This document shows, piece after piece, positions 18,778 through 26,755 of a stretch of 64,000 bases of DNA. Position numbers and translations under genes: made by a program. Each line of letters starts with the position of its first letter. Positions within the stretch are counted from its first letter, which is position 1. This DNA is from Hyphomonadaceae bacterium (GTDB lineage: Bacteria; Pseudomonadota; Alphaproteobacteria; Caulobacterales; Hyphomonadaceae), in NCBI GenBank assembly GCA_947474455.1, contig CANJIL010000006.1, forward strand, positions 4,037-68,036. The letters are read 5' to 3'. The notes under the pieces were generated by a model that was given only the letters and a program-made list of their open reading frames with translations, was not told the origin of the DNA and did not search any database.

Positions 18778-18794
18778 ACTCAACTTGAGCATAA
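18778..18794 (-). promoter_or_regulatory. candidate NadQ operator, distal box (TTATGCTCA-AGT-TGAGT on coding strand)
   Basis: Same 9-mer TTATGCTCA and the same TGAGT half-site as the proximal box, 79 nt further upstream. Lies between the nadQ stop (18848) and nadA. Confidence 0.5.
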
Positions 18795-18847
18795 CTAGCG
18801 TCTCATAAAACTGTCACTTCGTCGAGGGGAATAATTTGCCGGGTTTG

Positions 18848-19801
18848 TCAGCCGTGCGGGGTCTGCACTCCAGACACATGCCCCTCGCGCAGCGCCTCGT
18901 GGCGGAAACGATAGAGTTCGGCAGGCCGGCCGCCAGTCGCCTGAGTAAAGGCGCCAAGACCTACGACAAGCTCAGCGCGATCAAGCGCGCGGCGGAAATT
19001 CTGCTTGTGCAGAGGCAGGCCGAGAATTGCCTCGACGACTCTCTGCAGATCGGAAAGCGTGAAACGCTCCGGCATAAGCTCGAAGACCACCGGACGGTAT
19101 TTGATCTTGCCGCGCAGCCGGCCGATGGCGGTCGCGAGGATGCGGCGATGATCCGAGATCATCGCTTCGCCAAGCGCTGCGGGCGGGAGTTTCGAGCGCT
19201 TGCGGCCGCTATCGCGTGACGCCTCCGAGGCAAGGCCCGCTTCGTAAAGCAGCTCGTAGCGCTCCAGCGTCCGTTCCTCGATCCATGGCTGGCCATCGAG
19301 GCCGAAATCGCGGTGCACGCGGGCGAACCGGTCGCTGGCGTTTTTACCGCCTTGATCCGCCCACTCGACGAGGGCAGGAGCGATGGCCTGGTCAATAATT
19401 TCCGGGCGGCCTTTGCGGTGGTCCTCCCACGGGAAATAGCGATGCCAGTCGCGCCACACGGCGTCGAAGGCGGAGATATCCGTGCGCTCCGGCGTCAGGC
19501 CAAGATAGCCTACCGAGATAAGCCTCGCTCCCGAAGGCGCATCGTCGAGTTCGGCCTGTGGCAGCTCACGGCCGAGGTCGCCAAAAGTGTAGAGTTGTTC
19601 GACATAGCCCGGCTCAAACCCCGTCTGGGCGTGCACCCACTCGCGCAGGCCCAGTTCGAACGTTCGATGACCTGCCGGATCAAACCGGCCGTGCGGCAGG
19701 CCCGTTGCGCCGTCCGCATGCCGCGTCGCCAGAGCGTAGGGCGCATCGGCATCGGCGGCGACGATCACAGCGGACAGGCCGACAGCAATTGGCGTGGTCA
19801 T
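18848..19801 (-). CDS. nadQ: Nudix-related transcriptional regulator of NAD synthesis (NadQ/NrtR-like)
   Basis: 317 aa. N-terminal Nudix-like fold without an obvious intact Nudix box. The C-terminal winged-helix segment FTLSDLQRVVEAILGLPLHKQNFRRAL is typical of NrtR/NadQ regulators. Sits immediately upstream of nadA. Confidence 0.7.
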   Translation of the reverse strand: MTTPIAVGLSAVIVAADADAPYALATRHADGATGLPHGRFDPAGHRTFELGLREWVHAQTGFEPGYVEQLYTFGDLGRELPQAELDDAPSGARLISVGYLGLTPERTDISAFDAVWRDWHRYFPWEDHRKGRPEIIDQAIAPALVEWADQGGKNASDRFARVHRDFGLDGQPWIEERTLERYELLYEAGLASEASRDSGRKRSKLPPAALGEAMISDHRRILATAIGRLRGKIKYRPVVFELMPERFTLSDLQRVVEAILGLPLHKQNFRRALDRAELVVGLGAFTQATGGRPAELYRFRHEALREGHVSGVQTPHG

Positions 19802-20322
19802 GGCCGGCTGCTGAAAGAAGAGGGAATCGAGAAGGCCCGCGTCTCACCGGATATCTCGCCCCGCCCGATGGCGGCGACAGCCTTCGCCATGCGTCCGCCG
19901 CGCCCGAGAACATCGTCAGCATGGCCAACGAGCCGTGCGTTTGGCCAAGCCATGGGCGAAGCTTTGCGGATCGTCCAGGCGATCTCCTCTTCATCCGTCC
20001 TGGGATTGTGGACGCAGGCCGTGATGAAGGCGCTCGCGGTGGAGCGGGAAATCCCGGCCCAGCAATGGATCAGCAGAGGGGCGACCCTGTCCCAGCCCTC
20101 GACGAACCGGATCACCCGTTCAGCATCGGTTTGGCTGGGCGCCTGCCAGTCGCCAATGTCGGCCGTGATGTCGTGGACTGCCATCTGCAGGTGGAGATCT
20201 CCGCCCACGTCGGCGAAGTGAGGAAACGAATCGTAAGGACTTAGCAGGCTAACCACACGCGACGGCTTCAGCCTCCTGGCCATTTCGGGAGCGGCTGCGA
20301 GAGAGCAGATCCAGATTGTCAT
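19798..20322 (-). CDS. PTP-loop (HCxxGxxRS) phosphatase-family protein
   Basis: 174 aa. LLIHCWAGISRSTA is a Cys-based phosphatase P-loop. Its stop overlaps the nadQ start by 4 nt. Confidence 0.75.
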   Translation of the reverse strand: MTIWICSLAAAPEMARRLKPSRVVSLLSPYDSFPHFADVGGDLHLQMAVHDITADIGDWQAPSQTDAERVIRFVEGWDRVAPLLIHCWAGISRSTASAFITACVHNPRTDEEEIAWTIRKASPMAWPNARLVGHADDVLGRGGRMAKAVAAIGRGEISGETRAFSIPSSFSSRP

Positions 20323-20331
20323 GGCGCGAGA

Positions 20332-20979
20332 CTAACCCTTTGCTGAGGCTGCATCGACCTCGGTTATCAGCGCCGCGAAACGCCGCAGGAAAAGCGTCTG
20401 GGCCTCGGTCGGTGACAGCGGCGTCATGTCGGGAGGTCCGCCCGGCGGCGGGTGGCCGAAGAAGTTCAGCGCCTCGTCAATATCGAAGCCGGCGAGCCGG
20501 GTTGCTTCGAAGAAGGCCGCGCACTGGTCTGCTTGTTTGACGCGCGCCTTCGCGTCGTCGCTCATATGCGGCGTCAGACCAAAGCGCAGACGGATGGCGG
20601 CCTCAAGCCGCGCTTCGAACTGGCGATAGTCGACGCCGAGCGCCGTCTTGAAGGGCGAGATCATGTCGCCGATCACATACTCGGGCGCATCGTGCAGCAG
20701 CGCGCCGAGCAGGTCGGAAGCGGAAGTCGTCGACCAGAGACGGCCGACAAGAGATTCGACCAGTACGGAATGCTGCGCCACGGAAAAAGCATGCTCGCCT
20801 GTAGTCTGGCCGTTCCAGCGTGCAACGCGCGCAAGGCCGTGCGCGATATCCTCGATCTCGATGTCGAGAGGAGAGGGGTCAAGCAGATCAAGTCTGCGGC
20901 CTGAAAGCATGCGCTGCCAGGCTCGCGGCGAGCCCGGCGTAAGTGTCGTTTTCCAGCTGCTGGATCCGCTCTTTCCCAT
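20332..20979 (-). CDS. HD-domain phosphohydrolase (YfbR-like 5'-nucleotidase family)
   Basis: Track ORF 20332..21036. AWQRMLSGRRLDLLDPSP..IEDIAHGLARVARWNGQT..AQHS..LLHDAPEYVIGD shows the H..HD..D metal ligands. The start at 20979 (M20) is chosen so the conserved AWQRML lies inside. Stop is 9 nt before the phosphatase start. Confidence 0.8.
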   Translation of the reverse strand: MGKSGSSSWKTTLTPGSPRAWQRMLSGRRLDLLDPSPLDIEIEDIAHGLARVARWNGQTTGEHAFSVAQHSVLVESLVGRLWSTTSASDLLGALLHDAPEYVIGDMISPFKTALGVDYRQFEARLEAAIRLRFGLTPHMSDDAKARVKQADQCAAFFEATRLAGFDIDEALNFFGHPPPGGPPDMTPLSPTEAQTLFLRRFAALITEVDAASAKG

Positions 20980-21069
20980 AAGACAGCACCTGCCATCGAA
21001 ATAGTTTCGGCTGCAAGCGGAACCGCAGACTCGCAATCACGTTCGCCATGTGCAGAACGCCAGCGCTCC

Positions 21070-21354
21070 ATGAGCGTGCCAGGCCGAATGGCCAAAGCGT
21101 ACCTCTCAAAAATCTTGCTCGCTTACCTCTGTGAAAGTTTTGCGAGAGGCTTCGTTAATTCGCATGGGTTAGCTTCATTCCAAGTCGCGGGAGAACAGCG
21201 AGACATGTGGGAGTTGATGGTGGACGCAGCGCAAACCCCCGCGCTGCAGTGGGCGGTGATTGCCGCTGCGGTGCTGATCTATCTTGTGAAGGTTATCAGC
21301 TCAGCCGAAGGGCTCCTCATGGGGGATATGTACCAGGACGAACTGGACACCTGA
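21070..21354 (+). CDS. small hypothetical protein with one TM (possibly only 21205..21354)
   Basis: Track ORF. The C-terminal half MWELMVDAAQTPALQWAVIAAAVLIYLVKVI.. has one TM. Lower GC and weak coding signal. Followed by two hairpins. Confidence 0.3.
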   Translation: MSVPGRMAKAYLSKILLAYLCESFARGFVNSHGLASFQVAGEQRDMWELMVDAAQTPALQWAVIAAAVLIYLVKVISSAEGLLMGDMYQDELDT

Positions 21355-21439
21355 TCGCATAGGCGGGAGAGGCTTTCGCCTCTCCTCCCGCGAAAACGTG
21401 TTCTGAATAGACGCCGGCAAAGGCGCGGGTGATGACGGG

Positions 21440-21470
21440 AGGGCGGCCTTACAGGCCGCCCTTCTGATTC
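21440..21470 (+). terminator. hairpin AGGGCGGCC-N5-GGCCGCCCT followed by TTCTGATTC
   Basis: 9-bp perfect stem seen directly. A second imperfect hairpin lies at about 21363-21391. Confidence 0.4.
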
Positions 21471-21544
21471 GGGCCGATCCTTGCGTCTGCTTGGAGAATC
21501 CAGCCTGCGGGTCTAGACAGCGCCAGATCTCCTGGAGCTGTCCG

Positions 21545-22882
21545 ATGTCTCCTACGTTCGATCTCATCCTCAAGGGCGGAAGCGTTGCGACGCCGGGCGG
21601 CATCGCTGTTGCCGACGTGGCCGTCAGCAAGGGCCGCATCGCGGGAATCGGATCGTTCGACGCGTCGCAGGCAGGCGAAGTGTTCGAGGCAACGGGGCTT
21701 CACGTATTGCCTGGCGTGATCGACAGCCAGGTTCACTTCCGCGAGCCCGGCCTCGAATGGAAGGAAGACCTTGAAAGCGGCTCGCGCTCGGCAGCCCTTG
21801 GCGGCGTGACTGCCGTGTTCGAAATGCCGAACACCGACCCGCCCACCACCTCGCCGGAAATGGTGGAAGACAAGTTGGTGCGTGCGAAAGGGCGCATGCA
21901 CACGGACCACGCCTTCTACGCCGGTGCGACGCACGACAACACCGATCTGCTGCCGATCATGGAGCGCATGCCGGGCGTGTGCGGCGTGAAGGTTTTCATG
22001 GGCGCGTCCACGGGCCAGCTGCTTGTCGAAGACGACGAGGGCGTCGAACGTGTTCTGAACGCGATTTCCCGCCGGGCCGCGTTCCATTCCGAGGACGAGT
22101 ATCGTCTCGCCGAGCGCCGTAAGCTGGCCCGTCAGGGCGACTGGACGTCTCATTGCGAAGTCCGCGACGCCGAGGCTGCGATCTCGTCGACCCGGCGCCT
22201 GCTGCGCCTCGCGCGCAAGGCCGGAAAACGCATCCACGTACTCCACGTTACGACAGGCGAGGAGATGGAGATGCTTGCCGCCGCGAAGGACATCGCCACA
22301 TGCGAGGTCACGCCCCAGCATCTGACGCTTGTCGGACCCGAGGATTATGTGCGCCTGAAGGGCTATGCCCAGATGAACCCGCCCATTCGGGATGCGCATC
22401 ATCAGGCCGCGTTGTGGAAAGCGGTCAACGAAGGCATGGCTGACGTGCTCGGCTCGGATCACGCGCCGCACACCATAGAAGAAAAGTCGCGGCCGTATCC
22501 TGCCTCTCCGTCCGGCATGCCCGGCGTGCAAACGCTCGTGCCGGTCATGCTGACGCATGTGGCGGACGGCAAGCTGAGCCTCGAGCGCTTCATCGAACTC
22601 ACTAGTGCAGGCCCACAACGGGTGTTCGGCATCGCCGGCAAGGGACGTATCGCGCTGGGCTATGACGCTGATTTCACCGTTGCGGATATGAAAGCCCGCA
22701 GAACGATCACCCGCGAATGGACGGCTTCGCGCTGTGGCTGGACTCCGTTCGACGGCATGGAAGCCAAGGCGTGGCCGGTTGCAACCTTCGTGCGCGGATC
22801 GCTGGTCATGTGTGACGACGCCCTGGTCGCGCCGGGCAGGGGCGAACCCGTGCGCTTCGTCGAAACGCTGACGCACGCCTGA
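21545..22882 (+). CDS. cyclic amidohydrolase, dihydroorotase/allantoinase-like
   Basis: Track ORF 21491..22882; ATG at 21545 gives MSPTFDLILKGG... GVIDSQVHFREPGLEWKEDLESGSRSAALGGVTAVFEMPNT is type-I DHOase-like, but the first His of the HxH metal motif is Gln. Confidence 0.85.
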   Translation: MSPTFDLILKGGSVATPGGIAVADVAVSKGRIAGIGSFDASQAGEVFEATGLHVLPGVIDSQVHFREPGLEWKEDLESGSRSAALGGVTAVFEMPNTDPPTTSPEMVEDKLVRAKGRMHTDHAFYAGATHDNTDLLPIMERMPGVCGVKVFMGASTGQLLVEDDEGVERVLNAISRRAAFHSEDEYRLAERRKLARQGDWTSHCEVRDAEAAISSTRRLLRLARKAGKRIHVLHVTTGEEMEMLAAAKDIATCEVTPQHLTLVGPEDYVRLKGYAQMNPPIRDAHHQAALWKAVNEGMADVLGSDHAPHTIEEKSRPYPASPSGMPGVQTLVPVMLTHVADGKLSLERFIELTSAGPQRVFGIAGKGRIALGYDADFTVADMKARRTITREWTASRCGWTPFDGMEAKAWPVATFVRGSLVMCDDALVAPGRGEPVRFVETLTHA

Positions 22883-22883
22883 C

Positions 22884-23590
22884 TTGGTCGAGCATCGCAA
22901 CGGTCTCAACCGGGCGTTGTTCTGGCTCTATTCCGGACACAGCCGACGGCCGTCGATCTTTCGCTGGTCGATGCTGGTATTCAACCTCGTCACGATCGCG
23001 GCATTTCTTGTCTGCCCGCTGGTGTTCTGGCGCGACGGTTTCCCGGCCGCGACGGGCGAGTGACTATGGATCGGCATTGTCATCGCGGAGGTAGCTGCGC
23101 TGGATTCCATGGCCCTCTCGTGCATCGAGCGACGCAAATGGCGGTTCTTCACGTCCTGCTCGAACCTCGCGAACACGCCATGTCGACCTGGCCGCACCGC
23201 AACGCGCTCGTGATCTCGAATGTCGTCAACCTGATCGTCTTTGTGTTCTTCATGACCGCCCTTGTCTTCGTGACCCGGGTCAATCACAACCGCGAGATCA
23301 GGAGTTATCCCGAGGCACCCTATTTCACCGTCGGGACGCTGACGACCGTCGGTCTTGGCGTGGTAACTCTGCCGGATACCGTTGGACGCCTGATCACGAT
23401 AGCGATCATGGTGCTCGGCCTCACCCCGTTCCTGGAGCTGATCCGCGCCATTGCAATCGGGGACAAGATGCGCTGGCCATGCCCCGCTTGCGGTCTCCCG
23501 CTGCATGACCGCGATGCAGCCTACTGCTAGCGTTGCGGCGCCGGACTGTTCGAAGGCAACGGGGATGTCGAGACCTTGCCGCAGCAGTAA
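22884..23590 (+). pseudogene. disrupted K+-channel-family gene (2 frameshifts plus an in-frame TAG in a C-terminal zinc ribbon)
   Basis: Three frames carry consecutive pieces. Piece 1 is ..LFWLYSGHSRRPSIFRWSMLVFNLVTIAAFLVCPLVFW (stop 23061). Piece 2 is WIGIVIAEVAALDS... Piece 3 is track ORF 23060..23530 with the pore YFTVGTLTTVGLGVVT and inner helix GRLITIAIMVLGL. The tail reads CPACG..AAYC-TAG-RCG. Confidence 0.5.
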
Positions 23591-23805
23591 CTCCCCCGCT
23601 GCCACAGGTTCGTGAGATTGGTTCGATTATTTTGTGAATAGAACCGGCGACGGATCGGACTGTCCCTCGTCGTTCGAGACCAGTCAGGGAAGCGGCGGGC
23701 TGACCGCGCGCCGCTTGATCGGGAGCCGGCCACCTCCCCAAGGGTTCTGGCCCCAGCCTCGTGCGCGCGGAGAGAATATCTCCGTCCCCGGATGCGCGCC
23801 CAAAC

Positions 23806-23840
23806 AGCCGGTCCCGCTAGTGTCGGGACCGGCTTTTTTC
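23806..23840. terminator. bidirectional-type terminator hairpin overlapping the kinase stop codon
   Basis: 11-bp perfect stem AGCCGGTCCCG/CGGGACCGGCT followed by TTTTTTC on the + strand. The loop contains the TAG (23817-23819) of the minus-strand kinase. Confidence 0.5.
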
Positions 23841-26042
23841 TTCACCTACCTGCCCGACAGCAGTTCCGACCATGAAAGGCGCGATCGCCTGCGCCAGTTC
23901 GCGGACGTTGATCGGCTTGCCCACAACTCCTTCGAACCCCGCCGCGGCGTAGGCGGCGAGATCTTCGGGCGCGAGCTTGGCCGTGAGCGCGATGACGGGC
24001 GTCCGCCGGTTCGGGCAATCGCGGTCGGTCCGCAGGCGGCGGAGCGTTTCGATGCCGTCCATGTCGGGCATCACGATGTCCATCAGGATAACGTCGAAGA
24101 CCTCGGTGGCGCACAGGTCGAGCGCTTCTTCACCGGATGCGCATGTGATGACGTCGATCCCGAACTTGGCGAGCAGAAGTTCGGCGATACGTCGGTTGTT
24201 CTCGTTGTCGTCGACACAGAGGACACGTTTGCGATTCCACGCCGGGTGGTCGTGCTTTTCAATGGATTTACCTACCGAGGAGCTCGCGCGGTCTGCGCTC
24301 AATGAGAGCCTGAAGTGGGCGCCGCTCGGGGGAGCTGGGTCCAGCGTCAGGTCGCCGCCCATGAGGCGAGCGAGCCTGCGGGAAATGAACAGACCAAGCC
24401 CGGTGCCGCCGTGGCCGGCGTTGCTGGGCGCCTGCTCGAAGGGTGCAAAGATCCTCTCGGCGAGCGCATCCGGCACGCCGGGGCCTGTATCAATAACGCT
24501 TAGTGCGATCTCGGCGCGGCCATCGCGCGCGTCGTGGGTCGTCACGACCACGGTGACTGTGCCCGTATTCGTGAACTTGATGGCGTTGGATAAGAGATTG
24601 CCGATGATCTGGCGCACGCGCCCCGCATCGACCATGAGCGCGCTACCCTCAGCGCCATTGCAGTCCACCTCTAGCGCCAGACCCTTGCTTCCCGCCTGTG
24701 GCCGCCAGAACTCGACCGTGCGCTTCACCAGCGCGCGGAGATCCGTGGCTGAATAGGAGATGTCGACCTTGCCGGCGTCGATCTTCGACACGTCCAGCAG
24801 GTCGCTGACAATCGTCAGCAGGCCCCTGCCGGCGTCATCGATCAGACCGATGAGTTCGGTCGTTTCGCGATCATGTCCGCTGCGCTTGAGCACCTCGACA
24901 GAACCCAGGATGGCGTTGAGGGGCGTGCGCACCTCATGGCTCATCACGGCGATGAAGTCGGACTTGGCCTTGTTCGCTTCGCGCGCACGGTCACGGCCTG
25001 ACCGCAACGCCTCCTCCGCCGCCTTGACGAAGTTTATGTCCTGCAGTGAGCCGGATATGCGTGTCGTGCCGTCAGGGTTCTGAGAATAGCGCGCGCGCAC
25101 GGAGAACCAGCGATAGCCGCGGGTCTTGGTTTTCAGACGGACGTCGATGCGCAGGCGGGACATGCGCCTGCGAGCCAGACCGAAAGCCTCTCGCAACGTT
25201 GTCACGTCGTCAGGATGGATGAAGCGGTCGGGTTTGCGGAACACGCTCTCAAGCTCGTCATCGGAATAGCCAGCCACGCTCTGGAAGCTTTCCGACGCGT
25301 GGAACCTGCGTAGGTCCGCATCCGGCACATCCCAGAGGCCGACCCGCGCCGCTTCAAGCGCGACGCGGCTGCGCAATGCGTTCTCGACGATGACGTTGTT
25401 GGCTTCCTCCAGCTGGTTGAGTGAATAGTCGCGGGCGATGTTGGCCATCCAGGCGATGCCGCCGATCGTGACCGACGTGAACAGCATGCTCATGCACGCC
25501 ATCAACACGTGCGTCTGCGGCGAATATGTCGTGGGAATGCCGAGAACGCCCAGCGCCGTGAAAACACAGAACAGGATCACACACGCGCCAGTCACGAGAA
25601 TGATCGGGCGCATCCGATCGCGGGCATAGAGCGCCGTGACGCCAATCACCGAGGGCAGTGAGCCTGCGACCGGCGCAACGATGCCGCCATGGCGGTATGA
25701 AAGGATTGCAATCGAGAGAAGATGAAGCAGCAAGAGCCAGTCCATCAAGGCGCGCGGGTCGCGCCGGCGGCGGATCTGCAGGAAGCCGTAAACGCAGCCG
25801 GAAACGTTGAACGCCGCGAGGACGTGATGTTCGATCAGCGTTGGATTCACGATCAGCAGGATGAGGAAGCTTGTCGCCCAACCCATCGTGGCGGCGAGGC
25901 ACACATATCCAGCGGCGACCTGGCGCGTGGCGTCGGAATCGTCGCTGAATTGCCGCACGTCGGCATAGAAGCGCCGCCTCAGCCGGCCGGTGAAGAAAGC
26001 GGCAATGATTGCGCGTGCGCTCCCGAACACGGCGCTTTGCAT
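23817..26042 (-). CDS. hybrid sensor histidine kinase/response regulator with multi-TM N-terminal domain and PAS
   Basis: 741 aa. About 6-7 TM helices, a PAS-like region, the H-box FIAVMSHEVRTPLNAI, N/G boxes (NLLSNAIKFT, GGTGLGL), and a C-terminal REC (VLCVDDNENNR..DVILMDIVMPDMDG). Confidence 0.88.
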   Translation of the reverse strand: MQSAVFGSARAIIAAFFTGRLRRRFYADVRQFSDDSDATRQVAAGYVCLAATMGWATSFLILLIVNPTLIEHHVLAAFNVSGCVYGFLQIRRRRDPRALMDWLLLLHLLSIAILSYRHGGIVAPVAGSLPSVIGVTALYARDRMRPIILVTGACVILFCVFTALGVLGIPTTYSPQTHVLMACMSMLFTSVTIGGIAWMANIARDYSLNQLEEANNVIVENALRSRVALEAARVGLWDVPDADLRRFHASESFQSVAGYSDDELESVFRKPDRFIHPDDVTTLREAFGLARRRMSRLRIDVRLKTKTRGYRWFSVRARYSQNPDGTTRISGSLQDINFVKAAEEALRSGRDRAREANKAKSDFIAVMSHEVRTPLNAILGSVEVLKRSGHDRETTELIGLIDDAGRGLLTIVSDLLDVSKIDAGKVDISYSATDLRALVKRTVEFWRPQAGSKGLALEVDCNGAEGSALMVDAGRVRQIIGNLLSNAIKFTNTGTVTVVVTTHDARDGRAEIALSVIDTGPGVPDALAERIFAPFEQAPSNAGHGGTGLGLFISRRLARLMGGDLTLDPAPPSGAHFRLSLSADRASSSVGKSIEKHDHPAWNRKRVLCVDDNENNRRIAELLLAKFGIDVITCASGEEALDLCATEVFDVILMDIVMPDMDGIETLRRLRTDRDCPNRRTPVIALTAKLAPEDLAAYAAAGFEGVVGKPINVRELAQAIAPFMVGTAVGQVGEEKSRSRH

Positions 26043-26181
26043 GGCGGGGTCGGCTGGGATTGGTTTGATCCTTCTCGGGTGGGTTACCAGCGTGCCAGAA
26101 AAATTTTACGACAACCTTGCCGGATCTTAAGGTGGGAATGCGGGGGCGGTTCACAGACGATGCGGGCCGCGGGGCGGCAGG

Positions 26182-26586
26182 TCAGTTAAGATAGCTCCGC
26201 GCGATGGCGTCGGAGAGTTCCTGGCCGCGGCGGGCGATGCCGGCTTCGATGCCGGGCATCCTGTCGTTGCAGGCCGTGGTTTCGCGGTTCTGACTTCGAT
26301 AGCCACGGTTGAAGCCGTCCGTCAGGGCGGCCCGGCGGGAACCCGAAGGCGCCTCGATCGCCATCAGGTTCAGCATGTAGTTCCGCCAGGTCGAATCCTT
26401 GTCGCCGTTGCACAGCGTGCGAACCGCATGGGCGCGACCAAGCACTTCGGCAAGATTGGCCACCATTTCGATGGGCGCCTGGGCGACAGGGATCTGCGGC
26501 TGCTGTGGCTGCTGCGCATGCCCGGACAGCCCAAGGGCAAGACAGGCGAAAACGGCTGCGGAGAAGATTCGACGAGTCATCAACAA
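26182..26586 (-). CDS. TIGR02301-family exported protein (conserved alphaproteobacterial, unknown function)
   Basis: 134 aa. Signal peptide, then LAEVLGRAHAVRTLCNG..WRNYMLNLM..FNRGYR..C, which matches my memory of TIGR02301. Confidence 0.65.
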   Translation of the reverse strand: MLMTRRIFSAAVFACLALGLSGHAQQPQQPQIPVAQAPIEMVANLAEVLGRAHAVRTLCNGDKDSTWRNYMLNLMAIEAPSGSRRAALTDGFNRGYRSQNRETTACNDRMPGIEAGIARRGQELSDAIARSYLN

Positions 26587-26668
26587 TCCTAACGTCCTCC
26601 TGCCATTCGCGCAAAACCATGGCTAAGGCTTGCTTTTTGCGCGCCGATAGGCGTGAACAGACAGTCAG

Positions 26669-26755
26669 GCGGGCGTGGTGGAACTGGTAGACGCAGCGGA
26701 CTTAAAATCCGCTTTCCGCAAGGAAGTGCCGGTTCAAGTCCGGCCGCCCGCACCA
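26669..26755 (+). tRNA. tRNA-Leu (anticodon UAA), CCA encoded
   Basis: Cloverleaf read by eye. Acceptor GCGGGCG/CGCCCGC, anticodon stem AGCGGA/TCCGCT with loop CTTAAAA, long variable arm TTCC-GCAA-GGAA, T-arm GCCGG-TTCAAGT-CCGGC, then A-CCA. Confidence 0.95.

Noticed and set aside
22928-23605. 225-aa minus-strand ORF over the channel locus.
   Set aside because: The + strand carries a recognisable pore helix, filter and TM helices. The minus ORF has a charged, low-complexity composition with no domain features.
26043-26668. Possible genomic island or integration scar at tRNA-Leu.
   Set aside because: No integrase, no repeat of the tRNA 3' end, and the flanking genes (TIGR02301 protein, moeA) are conserved core-type genes.
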